Assembly (NCBI GenBank): GCA_964589735.1
Contig: CAZPUL010000009.1
Coordinates: 22,254 to 86,253 of the forward strand
From: an uncultured Verrucomicrobiota bacterium
Lineage (GTDB): Bacteria; Verrucomicrobiota; Verrucomicrobiia; Limisphaerales; JAEYXS01
DNA length: 64,000 nucleotides
Reading direction: 5' to 3'
Made by a program: the position numbers and the translations under genes. Under the pieces are notes generated by a model. It did not search any database, was not told the DNA's origin, and worked only from the letters and a program-made list of their open reading frames with translations. This document shows positions 13,008 through 22,527 of this stretch, one piece after another (the stretch's first letter is position 1; each line of letters opens with the position of its first letter).

Positions 13008-13913
13008 TTACTTCAACGCTTTGGCCACCGATCGCACGTTGCCATCGATCAGTTTGATGTAGTCCGTAGCCTCATCATTGCCGCCCACGAGGATGGGCAG
13101 ATAGACCACCGGCACGCCGATGCTGCCGGCCACGTATTCCGACGTTTTCTTGGAGCGGTTCGGTTCCACGATCACCAGTTTCACACTCGCTTCCTTCATC
13201 TTGGGGATGAGCGAATTGATGTAAGTCGGTGAAGGCTCGATACCCGGCTTGGGTTCGATCTGTCCCGCCACCACTAAACCGAAGTGATACGCGAAGTATT
13301 CGAACGATTTGTGATACGTCACCACTTTGACCCCTTGATGTGCTTGCAGCAGTTCGCTCCATTCTTTGGCTTTCGTATCCAAGGCGGATTCAAACGTGCC
13401 GAGGTTCTTCGCGTAAACTGCTGCGTTTGCCGGATCCATTTTGGAGAAGTGCGCCGCCAAATGTTTGGCCACGATTTTTCCGTTGTCTGGGTCCAGCAGG
13501 TAATGCGGATTGCCTCCCGCGTGGACATCGCCTTGCGAGCGATCCACCTTGCCTGCCGGCACTTCGAGCAAAGCGACGCCTTCTGAGGCATCCACCCTGC
13601 CACCGCCCCCACGGGCAATTTTGCGGTTGCGTGCATTATCCACCAACGGCGGGAGCCAGCCGATCTCCAGTTCCACACCCCCTTCGATCAAGACATCAGC
13701 CTTGTTCAAGACGCGGGCAAAGCTGGGCTTGGCATCGACAAAGTGAGGGTCCTCGGTACCACGGGCCAGACTGACCACATGGACCTTGTCACCCCCCACC
13801 GCCGCCGCAATGGCACCGAGATCAGGCGTAGTCGCCACAACCTCCAAGGCTGCTTGCGCACTCATGACGCCGCCCAGCACAAGGCCGAACAGCAAAGTTA
13901 AGATTCGTTTCAT
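13008..13913 (-). CDS. ZnuA/TroA-type metal ABC transporter substrate-binding protein
   Basis: Signal peptide, then VVATTPDLGAIAAAVGGDKV...GTEDPHF...NPHYLLDP...YHKSFEYFA...EPKPGIEPSP, typical of cluster A-I SBPs. Confidence 0.85.
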   Translation of the reverse strand: MKRILTLLFGLVLGGVMSAQAALEVVATTPDLGAIAAAVGGDKVHVVSLARGTEDPHFVDAKPSFARVLNKADVLIEGGVELEIGWLPPLVDNARNRKIARGGGGRVDASEGVALLEVPAGKVDRSQGDVHAGGNPHYLLDPDNGKIVAKHLAAHFSKMDPANAAVYAKNLGTFESALDTKAKEWSELLQAHQGVKVVTYHKSFEYFAYHFGLVVAGQIEPKPGIEPSPTYINSLIPKMKEASVKLVIVEPNRSKKTSEYVAGSIGVPVVYLPILVGGNDEATDYIKLIDGNVRSVAKALK

Positions 13914-13925
13914 ACGCGTTCAGGT

Positions 13926-15548
13926 TTAGAATTTATGCGCGGCATGGGCACCGAGCACGAACTCGAACTGCAACCAGACGGAGTGATCGATGCCGATGTC
14001 CGTGCGGTCGTCGTAATTGTATTGCAACCGGATCTTGGAGAACTCGGTCGGATACCAGGTCAGGTTCGGGGAAACACGATAGCGTGTCGCGCGGAACTTG
14101 TCGAAGACGCCATTGAAACCGCCCGCACCGTCTGGTTCAAGGAGCCCCATGGTCTGATACGAGGCCACATCGCCCGTCACATAGTCGAAACGAAGTCCAG
14201 CCACCCACCCTTTGCGGAAACCGTAGCTCAACTGCGAATACAGGCCGTAATCCGTGAGTTTCTCCGCTGGCAAAACCGCCGGTAAACCGGTGACCGGATC
14301 GAACAACTGGCCGGGATCGGCGCTCCCATCGCCATCTTCATCCGCAAGCAGGCCGTCCGCGTCCTCATCCCAATCGAATGAGCCGGTGCCATACTTGCGC
14401 ATCATGGCCTCGGTCTGGAACTGCACGAATGGGAAACCGCCGGAGTGATTCTCCGGTTTCCATTTCCAGGTCAGGTCCACACCATAGATCTCGGTGCGCG
14501 TGTTCTCACCACCCCCGCCATTAGCATTGGGTCCGAAGGCGCCAGAAACGCCGAGCAACAAAGTCTGGTTATCCGTCAGGTTGAACGAGGTCGCCAAGCG
14601 GGGTGTGATGAGCAGGTCATCGAAGCGCTTCATGCCGCGATTGTTGTCCGCATGACGGAAGCTGAACGGAATGCCCTCCGCTTCATCTCCACCATGAGAA
14701 TGACCACCATCACTGCGGAATCCCGTGGCCGTGGCTCCCTGACTGTTCTGCAATCCAAGGAAGAGTTCCGTATACCAGGGCGTCGGTGCCAGCCAGGAGA
14801 GGCGGGCACCGGGATTGCGCAGACCATCAGCCCCCAAGAAACGGGCATTCACCAACGGCGCATCCATGAAGGACCACGAGTGCGGATGCTGGGTATTGAT
14901 ACGACCGAACTCGGTCAGATATTGGCCAGCCCGAATCTGAAAATTGCCCGGCAAGGCGATGGATTCCAACCAAGCCTCTTCCAATTCCACGAAGGTTTCC
15001 CCTTCCCCATCGATGGCAAAAAGGACGTTCGCATTGCCACGGAAGTAAGGATCCACGGCTCCAGAAAAGTTGGCTTCCAGACCTTGGAATGTAAAACCAC
15101 GCTGGTTCGGGTCATGACCACCAATCTGCAAATCATCCAGATCATTGGCCGTCGAGCTGCCAGCGGCAAAGGTGCCCACGATGCCGATGTCCATGAACGC
15201 CGCGCCCTTGCGCAGCCGGATGGGATCGGTGATGCGCCAGGGCTGATCCATCATGGTATCACCGGACTTGGCAGCGCCTTCAGCAGGAGCGGTCGCGACC
15301 TGTTGTTTGATGGTCTGCTGCTCTTGGGTGATGGCGGTCTGGTTTTGCTTCAACTGCTGAAGCTGCTGTTCCAGCAACTGGATCTGCTGGCGTTGCAGTT
15401 CCTGCTGTTTGTGGAATTCCTCCTGCATCTGCTGGAGCTGCTTTTGCAGTTGCTCCACAGAAGGAACGTTATTCTGGGCATGGGTCTGGCCACAAAGGGC
15501 CGAGAGCATCAGAGCGGACGATACGGCGAAGAGAGATTTCTTGTTCAT
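13926..15548 (-). CDS. Putative outer-membrane beta-barrel protein with N-terminal Q-rich coiled coil
   Basis: Signal peptide (ALMLSALCGQTHA), then a QLQKQLQQMQEEFHKQQELQRQQIQLLEQQLQQLKQ coiled coil. Alternating beta-strand-like pattern, a His-rich loop (GGHSHGGDEAEG), an acidic DxDxDG-like loop, and a C-terminal ...AHAAHKF aromatic terminus typical of OMPs. Confidence 0.6.
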   Translation of the reverse strand: MNKKSLFAVSSALMLSALCGQTHAQNNVPSVEQLQKQLQQMQEEFHKQQELQRQQIQLLEQQLQQLKQNQTAITQEQQTIKQQVATAPAEGAAKSGDTMMDQPWRITDPIRLRKGAAFMDIGIVGTFAAGSSTANDLDDLQIGGHDPNQRGFTFQGLEANFSGAVDPYFRGNANVLFAIDGEGETFVELEEAWLESIALPGNFQIRAGQYLTEFGRINTQHPHSWSFMDAPLVNARFLGADGLRNPGARLSWLAPTPWYTELFLGLQNSQGATATGFRSDGGHSHGGDEAEGIPFSFRHADNNRGMKRFDDLLITPRLATSFNLTDNQTLLLGVSGAFGPNANGGGGENTRTEIYGVDLTWKWKPENHSGGFPFVQFQTEAMMRKYGTGSFDWDEDADGLLADEDGDGSADPGQLFDPVTGLPAVLPAEKLTDYGLYSQLSYGFRKGWVAGLRFDYVTGDVASYQTMGLLEPDGAGGFNGVFDKFRATRYRVSPNLTWYPTEFSKIRLQYNYDDRTDIGIDHSVWLQFEFVLGAHAAHKF

Positions 15549-15651
15549 GTTTCCTAACTGCGCAGGCAGTAACGCTGCCTACGTCTGGTTTGATCATTCG
15601 GACTAGCTGACGCAAAAAGACATCACCCGGCGTCAGCAAGCCGAGAGATGC

Positions 15652-16026
15652 TCAGGAAGCAGGCGAATAAGGCGGGGCCCGACCAGACCACAGGGTGACA
15701 ATGACCACAGCGTAGTCCACGCTGTGAGGGAAGGCGATCTCCGCCACTGGCACGAACTCGGGCTGCGGCAAAGGAGCGGAAACAAAATCTAGGGCGACCG
15801 AAGCAGAACGGTACAGGCAAGTGGCGCAATCATCGCCAGTTTTGGAGTCATCACTGTGATGATGGTGATGAGAAGCGCCAGCGTGATGATGATGGTGTGC
15901 GTCCCGATCATCATGGGAGCCATGGACGCCTTTAAGACTGAGCACACCGGCCACCAGCAACAGCAAAGCCATGAGGGCCGCGAGGCCCGGATGACGCAAG
16001 TGCCAGTTGATACGGCGCGAATTCAT
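15652..16026 (-). CDS. Small His-rich membrane-anchored protein
   Basis: ATG at 16026 verified. One TM (GLAALMALLLLVAGVL), then HGSHDDRDAHHHHHAGASHHHHHSDD (nt 15856-15924), CATC, and a C-terminal ..GRAPP.. motif. It resembles the DUF2946-type small proteins found next to metal-uptake OM proteins (from memory). Confidence 0.6.
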   Translation of the reverse strand: MNSRRINWHLRHPGLAALMALLLLVAGVLSLKGVHGSHDDRDAHHHHHAGASHHHHHSDDSKTGDDCATCLYRSASVALDFVSAPLPQPEFVPVAEIAFPHSVDYAVVIVTLWSGRAPPYSPAS

Positions 16027-16053
16027 ATCTGCAAGTCTTTTGCAATTAGACCA

Positions 16054-16088
16054 CAAAACCCTGGACACGCAAGTTGTTTGTGTCCGGG
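16054..16088 (-). terminator. Probable intrinsic terminator after secA
   Basis: Minus-strand RNA CCCGGACAC-AAACAACUUGC-GUGUCCAGGG (9 bp with a 1-nt bulge) followed by UUUUG. Confidence 0.5.
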
Positions 16089-16103
16089 TGAAAAGTGAAC
16101 GGT

Positions 16104-19100
16104 TTAACCGTTCTTGCCGCAGCAATGCTTGAACTTCTTGCCGCTGCCGCAGGGGCATGGATCGTTCCGGCCGACCTTGGGCCCGGTGCGCACGGGTTTG
16201 ATCTTGGAGATCTCCTCCGCCGCTTCACTGACCATGTCGCCCCCAGCGGCCTGCTTCTTCGTCTCCTCAAAAGCACTGGCTTCCTGATGGAGGGTCTGCT
16301 TGGGCAGGTTCAGCATGAACTGCTCGAACGCCATGAAGCTGGACGCGCTGCGGAAGATATTGTGGCAGGCTTCGGTCTTGATGCTGTCCATCAATTCCTC
16401 GAACAGCTTGAATGCTTCGGCCTTGTATTCGATCAACGGATCGCGCTGGCCGAACTGACGCAAGCCAATGGCCGTGCGCAAGCCGTCCATTGTATAGAGG
16501 TGCTCCTGCCAGAGCTTGTCGATGGCGGTCAGGATGGTGAAACGCTCAATCGCTTTCAGCGCGTTCTTGTCCTGCTCATACTGCACTTTCACCATGTAGG
16601 CGTCCCGGACGGCCTTGATGATGAAGGTGCAGACGGAAAGTTGTTCGGCACTCAAACCGTCAAAGACAGAGCCAGCCACCGGTTGCTGGTTGCCGGCGTG
16701 GGCGGCTTTGATGATCTCCTCTTCGGGAATTCCAACGGGGAAATTCAGGTTTACCCACTCAGCGAGTACACGCACATTCCATTGATCTGTGCCTTCCTCT
16801 GGTGATGTGTTCTGCTGCACCTTGGAGATGACCACTTCTTCCATGATGTCGAGCAGGCGGTCCTGCACATCGTCCGACTGGATGATCTCATTGCGGAAGC
16901 CGTAGAGGACTTCGCGCTGCTTGTTCATCACGTCGTCATACTCCAGCGTACGCTTGCGTTGCTGGAAGTTATGCTGCTCCACGCGCTTCTGCGCCGTCTC
17001 AATGGAGCGGTTCAGCAATGGATGTTCCAACTCCTGCCCTTCTTCCAGGCCCACCCGTTCCATCAACTTACTGATGCGGTCAGAACCGAAGAGACGCATG
17101 AGATCGTCTTCCAGCGAGATGAAAAAGTGCGAGGACCCCGGGTCACCTTGACGGGCGCACCGACCACGCAACTGGCGGTCGATTCGGCGGGATTCATGAC
17201 GTTCCGTGGCGATGACGTGCAAACCACCCAACTCCGCCACCCCTGCTCCCAATTTGATGTCGGTGCCGCGACCGGCCATGTTCGTGGCGATAGTCACCGC
17301 GCCGCGCTGACCGGCGCGGGAGATGATCTCGGCTTCCTGCTCGTGATACTTGGCGTTCAGCACCGCGTGCACGATGCCTTCCTTCTTCAGGATGCGGGAA
17401 AGGAATTCGCTGACCTCGACCGAGATGGTGCCGACCAGGATCGGGCGTCCAACCTTGTGGACTTCCTGGATTTCTTTCAGCACGGCCGCGAACTTCTCGC
17501 GCCGAGTCTTATAGACCGTATCATGCTTGTCATTGCGCAGGCACGGCTGGTTGGTCGGGATGACCAGCACACCGAGCTTATAGATGTCGAAAAATTCCTG
17601 GGCTTCCGTTTCGGCGGTGCCTGTCATGCCGGCCAGCTTCAGATAGAGGCGGAAATAGTTCTGGATCGTGATCGTGGCATAAGTCTGCGTCTCCTCTTCG
17701 ATGGCGACGCCTTCTTTCGCTTCCACGGCCTGATGCAAGCCCTCGCTCCAACGGCGGCCCGTCATCTTGCGGCCCGTGTTCTCGTCTACGATGATGACTT
17801 TGTTATCCTCAACGACGTACTGCACGTCCTTTTCGTACAGACAGTAGGCCTTCAGCAACTGGGCGATGCTGTGGATGCGTTCCGCCTTGGCTTCAAATTC
17901 AGACTGAATTCTCGCTTTCAGCTCCGCTCGCTTGCGGACGTCTTGCTCAGGTCCGTTATCGATCTCATGATAGGCGCTGACGATGTCCGGCATCATGAAG
18001 GCATCCGGATCCTGCGGGCTGAGATACTCACGGCCCTTTTCCGTCAAATCCGCCTCGTGACTCTTCTCTTCGATAGCGAAGAACAATTCTTCTTTTTGCG
18101 CGTAGAGCTCTTTCTTCGTCTGGTCGGCATGCAGTTCCAAGTCAACCTTGTTCAGCATCCGCAGGTTCTCTGCATCCTCCAGAAGGCGTGCTAGCCCCTC
18201 GGCTTTTGGCTGTCCCAGCTTGACCCGGTAGAGCAGCGTGCCAATCTCGCGTTCCAGATTTTCCCGTTCGCCTTCGATACTACCGCTCTTGAGCTTCTTG
18301 ACCAGTTGCTCGGCTTCATCCAAATAGCGCTTACACAAACGTCGCTGCGATTGCACCACACCTTCAATGCCCGGCTTGAGTTGCTCGTAAATCTTGTTAT
18401 CCCGGGCGACCACGGCTGGACCGCTGATGATGAGCGGCACGCGCGCTTCATCGATCAAGATAGAGTCCACTTCATCCACGATGGCGAAGTAATGCCCGCG
18501 CTGGACCTGGTCTTCCTTGCGCGTGGCCATGCCGTTGTCGCGCAGGTAGTCGAAACCGAACTCAGCATTCGTGCCGTAGGTGATGTCGCAATTGTACTGC
18601 TCGCGCCGTACGCTGGGAGACTGGTCATGCAGGATGCACCCGACCGTCAGACCGAGGAAACGATACACGGCCCCCATCCACTCACTGTCACGGGCGGCCA
18701 GGTAATCATTCACGGTGACGACATGCACACCACGCCCGCTCAAAGCGTTCAGATAGGTCGGCAAGGTGCCGACGAGCGTTTTGCCTTCACCCGTGGCCAT
18801 TTCGGCGATCATGCCATTGTGCAGGCCCATACCGCCGATCAACTGCACATCGAAAGGCACCATCTCCCAGCGCAAAGGATGGTCACGGACCATGATGTCC
18901 TTGCCGCAAAGCCGGCGGCAGGCGTTCTTAACCACGGCAAAAGCCTCGGGCAGAATGGCTTCCAGCTCACGCTTCAGTTCGCCATTGTCCGTGATCTTGG
19001 AGAGCTTGTCCTTCCAGAAAGCGGTCTTTTCGCGCAGCGCCTCGTCCGGCTGGGACTGCAATCCCTGCTCGAGCTCGTTGATCTTGGCAACGATCGGCCG

Positions 19101-19163
19101 CATGCGCTTGATCTCACGCTCGTTCTTGGAACCAAAAATTTTCTTAAGTACTAACCCTATCAT
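16104..19163 (-). CDS. secA: Preprotein translocase ATPase SecA
   Basis: MIGLVLKKIFGSKNEREIKRM start (ATG at 19163 verified). Walker A MATGEGKTLV, DEVDSILIDEA, and the C-terminal zinc motif CPCGSGKKFKHCCG. Confidence 0.95.
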   Translation of the reverse strand: MIGLVLKKIFGSKNEREIKRMRPIVAKINELEQGLQSQPDEALREKTAFWKDKLSKITDNGELKRELEAILPEAFAVVKNACRRLCGKDIMVRDHPLRWEMVPFDVQLIGGMGLHNGMIAEMATGEGKTLVGTLPTYLNALSGRGVHVVTVNDYLAARDSEWMGAVYRFLGLTVGCILHDQSPSVRREQYNCDITYGTNAEFGFDYLRDNGMATRKEDQVQRGHYFAIVDEVDSILIDEARVPLIISGPAVVARDNKIYEQLKPGIEGVVQSQRRLCKRYLDEAEQLVKKLKSGSIEGERENLEREIGTLLYRVKLGQPKAEGLARLLEDAENLRMLNKVDLELHADQTKKELYAQKEELFFAIEEKSHEADLTEKGREYLSPQDPDAFMMPDIVSAYHEIDNGPEQDVRKRAELKARIQSEFEAKAERIHSIAQLLKAYCLYEKDVQYVVEDNKVIIVDENTGRKMTGRRWSEGLHQAVEAKEGVAIEEETQTYATITIQNYFRLYLKLAGMTGTAETEAQEFFDIYKLGVLVIPTNQPCLRNDKHDTVYKTRREKFAAVLKEIQEVHKVGRPILVGTISVEVSEFLSRILKKEGIVHAVLNAKYHEQEAEIISRAGQRGAVTIATNMAGRGTDIKLGAGVAELGGLHVIATERHESRRIDRQLRGRCARQGDPGSSHFFISLEDDLMRLFGSDRISKLMERVGLEEGQELEHPLLNRSIETAQKRVEQHNFQQRKRTLEYDDVMNKQREVLYGFRNEIIQSDDVQDRLLDIMEEVVISKVQQNTSPEEGTDQWNVRVLAEWVNLNFPVGIPEEEIIKAAHAGNQQPVAGSVFDGLSAEQLSVCTFIIKAVRDAYMVKVQYEQDKNALKAIERFTILTAIDKLWQEHLYTMDGLRTAIGLRQFGQRDPLIEYKAEAFKLFEELMDSIKTEACHNIFRSASSFMAFEQFMLNLPKQTLHQEASAFEETKKQAAGGDMVSEAAEEISKIKPVRTGPKVGRNDPCPCGSGKKFKHCCGKNG

Positions 19164-19267
19164 GTGTCTTACTTCCGTTAAATCGGAAGGCAAACGCTAC
19201 GGGAACACCCCGAAAGCGTCAAAGAATTAAAGGACGCTCTAAGATGCGGCTAAACCGGCCCTGTTTA

Positions 19268-21268
19268 TCAAGCCGGGGCCAGCTTTCCGTCCGCCTTCTT
19301 TGAAAGCTTGTCCTTCTGGCCCGGCTTGGCGGGCGGTTCATCATCTCCTTTGGAAAGATTCTTGGCACTGCCCCAAAACTTGATGGGCAACAGCCCCAAA
19401 CCGATAAGCGCCAATTGGCTGACCATGAACACCATGAGCCACTTGAACGCCGAGTCCATAAAGCCGTAACTGTGCAGGCCGATGCCCAGCATGTTCGTGC
19501 CGAACCAGGACCAGGCCGTCACGATGTTGCCGAAGATGGCCATGTTCATGATGCCCCGCTCCTTCACCATCCCGCCCCAACGGGCGTGCAGGATGAGGGC
19601 ATTCCACAAAACTATGATCAGCGCGCCGTTTTCCTTCGGGTCCCAACCCCAGAAACGGCCCCAAGATTGATCTGCCCAGATGCCGCCCAGCACCGTGCCG
19701 ACAAAGCTGAACAAAGTGGCAAAACAAACAATGCCGTACACCATGCGGGAGAGCGCCTTGCTCAACTCGCCCGTCAACCCGTTCGTGAAAATACCACGCG
19801 CCAGATACACGATGGCCAGGAAGCCCGCGACATACGTCGAGGCATACCCCAGCGTGATGATCACCACGTGCGTCGCGAGCCAGAAGTTTGTGTCCAGCAC
19901 CGCCTGCATCATCACCATCGTATCGCCACCGAGCGAAAGATTATGTGCCACGACCAAGGTGATGAACCCGATCATCGAGCCGACCACGGAACCGATGCCA
20001 TCCTTGTAGAACCTTTCGAGAATCAAACCCAAGATCACCGAGCCCCAGCCGATAAAGATGGCCGAGGAATAAAGATTCGTAACCGGCGGACGCCCCTCCA
20101 GCCACATCCGGAAAATCAACCCTGTGGTGTGGATCACTAAGCCGACCACGATGAGCCAGAATGCCGAAGTCCGCAGCCACTTGCTCATATTGAACCACGA
20201 GAAGCATGCCAGCAGGAAAGCCAGCACATAGAGCACCATCGCCCGGTAGAACGCCTGGATATTGTTGTAAAAATGCTCCCAGTTCGCCTTGCTCAGTTGC
20301 TTGGAAAATTCCGGCTTCAGGCTCGCCAGATACTCGCCCACCTTGCCGTTGAACGCGGCTGAATCACCCTTGCGATACGCCGAAGCCAGTGCGCCATAGT
20401 ATTCCACCGAACTGTGCAGTTTCTCACCCCGTGCGGCTTCCAACAAGGCATCACCCATGCGCATCCAGTCATCTTTTTCAGCCTCGGGATGATGTGGCGG
20501 CACAATCAGGGGCGGCTCCATGCGGGACATCACATCGAAGCGCTGGGCATAATTCACGAACTTGTCGAAGACCGCTTCGTCATACTGGCGGCCCGCCTGC
20601 TGGGCACGCACTGCGGCTACACCAGGTTCGATGAGGGATTTATACTCCGCCACTTCCGCCGCCCAATCCTTGGCATCCTGCGGCTGGAGAGTGTTCTTCA
20701 GGCGCATGTAGAGCACCAGCCGTTCATGCAATTTCATAACCGCTCGTTCTTGCGGGTTGCGATGGGAAGCTTCGATCTTTGCCACCCGCTTTTGCTCGGC
20801 GTCAAAGCCGGAGAGCGCATCCTGGTTCGGCATGATCTGGTTCCAGGAGTAATGCTTGCCGTCTTCGCCCGCGGCCTCGTTCTTTTCCGGCAATTTGAGC
20901 ATGGAAATCACATCCGGGTGATCGATGCGGAAGACTTTGCGATTGTCCGCCTTCTCCGGGGTGATCATCATTTCCGAGAGCCATTCGATGGCGGGCATCT
21001 TCCGCCCCTCGACTCCGAACAATCTCTGGATAGCCGATCGCTCGGTCATCTCCTGGTCCGTGAAAGGAATATAGAGGCTTTGCTTCTCGCGGATCTGGAG
21101 TAGCGAATTGCGTGCCAGTGAATCCATCGGCTGGAACCGGCCGTTGAAGGATGCGGGCAGCTTGCCCATGGCCGTGTAATCAAAGTCTTTAACCTTGGGT
21201 GATCTGAGCGTGCTCGCGATCCAGAGCACCATCAGAGAAGTGATAATCAATGGCAGCCACTTTTTCAT
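19268..21268 (-). CDS. ccsA: System II cytochrome c biogenesis protein CcsA/ResC with a long N-terminal extension
   Basis: WWD-type heme-handling motif WGRFWGWDPKENGALIIVLW plus multiple TMs in the C-terminal half. About 330 extra N-terminal residues. Confidence 0.85.
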   Translation of the reverse strand: MKKWLPLIITSLMVLWIASTLRSPKVKDFDYTAMGKLPASFNGRFQPMDSLARNSLLQIREKQSLYIPFTDQEMTERSAIQRLFGVEGRKMPAIEWLSEMMITPEKADNRKVFRIDHPDVISMLKLPEKNEAAGEDGKHYSWNQIMPNQDALSGFDAEQKRVAKIEASHRNPQERAVMKLHERLVLYMRLKNTLQPQDAKDWAAEVAEYKSLIEPGVAAVRAQQAGRQYDEAVFDKFVNYAQRFDVMSRMEPPLIVPPHHPEAEKDDWMRMGDALLEAARGEKLHSSVEYYGALASAYRKGDSAAFNGKVGEYLASLKPEFSKQLSKANWEHFYNNIQAFYRAMVLYVLAFLLACFSWFNMSKWLRTSAFWLIVVGLVIHTTGLIFRMWLEGRPPVTNLYSSAIFIGWGSVILGLILERFYKDGIGSVVGSMIGFITLVVAHNLSLGGDTMVMMQAVLDTNFWLATHVVIITLGYASTYVAGFLAIVYLARGIFTNGLTGELSKALSRMVYGIVCFATLFSFVGTVLGGIWADQSWGRFWGWDPKENGALIIVLWNALILHARWGGMVKERGIMNMAIFGNIVTAWSWFGTNMLGIGLHSYGFMDSAFKWLMVFMVSQLALIGLGLLPIKFWGSAKNLSKGDDEPPAKPGQKDKLSKKADGKLAPA

Positions 21269-22512
21269 GCGGTCCTCCGTTTCGAAACAAATGCGACAAG
21301 ATGGATCATGAATTGCACGATCAGCCCCAGGCCGACCACCAGACAGCCCACGTATGGCGTGAGCCAGCTAGGATTGCGCACCACTTGCAGAGTGCTGGTG
21401 CCGCGGCTACGGTCCAGCTCATCCTTGCCCATCTGATACTGATAGAAAGTCAGCCCGGCATAACGCAGCGGGTTGTTCATCCAGATATCCACTTCCCGTT
21501 TCTCGCTGGTCTCGGGGTTCTCGATGAGCACGCGGCTGCGGAAGTCCTTCGGGATTTCCGTGCCGGGATAGACCGCGTGCGTGGTCTTGAGTAGCGTCAT
21601 GGTATAGGGTTTGTAAGCCCGCACCGGTCTCATCGTCATCGTGTAAGATTTGCCGCTCACCTCGATGCTCTGGGGCTTCGCCAACTGATCAGAAACGCGC
21701 GTCGCAGCGTCATGTCCATAATCGCGTTCGTAACTCATGTGGACGCTCTCCACCAGCAAGCTGTCCCCGGCCCAACCGGGCAAGACCCACGTGCCGAAGT
21801 TTTGCTTGGCATCCGACACTTCCACAATGGCCGTCGGGATGTTCTTCTCCTCCATCTTCTTCGTCTCCGCAGCTTTCACGAAGTCGAAGCTTTGGGCCAC
21901 GCCATTCGTGGTGAGCGGCGGCTTGTTCTGCTGCATGGGCGCGCGGAAGTTGGTGTCGGAGTTCTTCCAGAATTCCTTCACCTTGAGGGTAAAAGGCAGC
22001 TTCTCATGCTTGATCTCGCTGCCTGCCTTGATGAGGGCCAGCGGGATGGCTACCACGTCCTCCTTGTCAGCGGAGGCTTCGCTGGTGATGGCCAGTTCGT
22101 ACTCCATCGCGCTTTCGGAATATTGCTTGCTCTCACCTTCGGCAAAGCGGATCTGCGTCTCGCGGGAGAACAGGTCGGTGGTCAACTGACCCACCAGCAG
22201 CATGATGATGCCGATGTGCGTCATGAAGATGCCGGACTTCTTCCAGCCCCATTTGAAGCGGGTGATATGCGCGGCGATGAGGTTCACCAGCAACGCTGTG
22301 CCCAGCAGATAGCCGCCTGGGAGCGGGATGGGCACCTTGGAGCCGAAGAAGCTGAAACTCGGCACCCACCAGTGCTTGAAGTAGCGCTCCTGCGCGTTAT
22401 AAAGCCCCTCATCCGCCTGCGCCACGGTGCCGATAAAGACCAGCACCACACTGAACGCCAGCAAGATCACCGTCAGCTTGAGCGAAGAGATTGTTTTCCA
22501 GATTTTTTCCAT
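21265..22512 (-). CDS. resB: System II cytochrome c biogenesis protein ResB/Ccs1
   Basis: ResB-like N-terminus (ISSLKLTVILLAFSVVLVFIGTVAQ), a large periplasmic loop and a C-terminal TM. 4-nt overlap with ccsA. Confidence 0.8.
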   Translation of the reverse strand: MEKIWKTISSLKLTVILLAFSVVLVFIGTVAQADEGLYNAQERYFKHWWVPSFSFFGSKVPIPLPGGYLLGTALLVNLIAAHITRFKWGWKKSGIFMTHIGIIMLLVGQLTTDLFSRETQIRFAEGESKQYSESAMEYELAITSEASADKEDVVAIPLALIKAGSEIKHEKLPFTLKVKEFWKNSDTNFRAPMQQNKPPLTTNGVAQSFDFVKAAETKKMEEKNIPTAIVEVSDAKQNFGTWVLPGWAGDSLLVESVHMSYERDYGHDAATRVSDQLAKPQSIEVSGKSYTMTMRPVRAYKPYTMTLLKTTHAVYPGTEIPKDFRSRVLIENPETSEKREVDIWMNNPLRYAGLTFYQYQMGKDELDRSRGTSTLQVVRNPSWLTPYVGCLVVGLGLIVQFMIHLVAFVSKRRTA

Positions 22513-22527
22513 GCTGCTTGCTAAAAA

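Noticed and set aside
14445-15557. 370-aa + strand ORF opposite the outer-membrane barrel gene
   Set aside because: The minus-strand product has a signal peptide, a coiled coil, a beta-barrel pattern and a C-terminal Phe. The + strand product is low-complexity (L/Q/R runs mirroring the coiled coil).
16027-16158. Longer 168-aa version of the His-rich ORF (start at 16158)
   Set aside because: The extension overlaps the 3' end of secA and crosses the secA terminator hairpin. The internal ATG at 16026 gives a sensible N-terminal TM anchor.
16959-18194. 411-aa + strand ORF (plus 18306-19154) opposite secA
   Set aside because: SecA on the minus strand is unambiguous, and these are antisense shadow frames.
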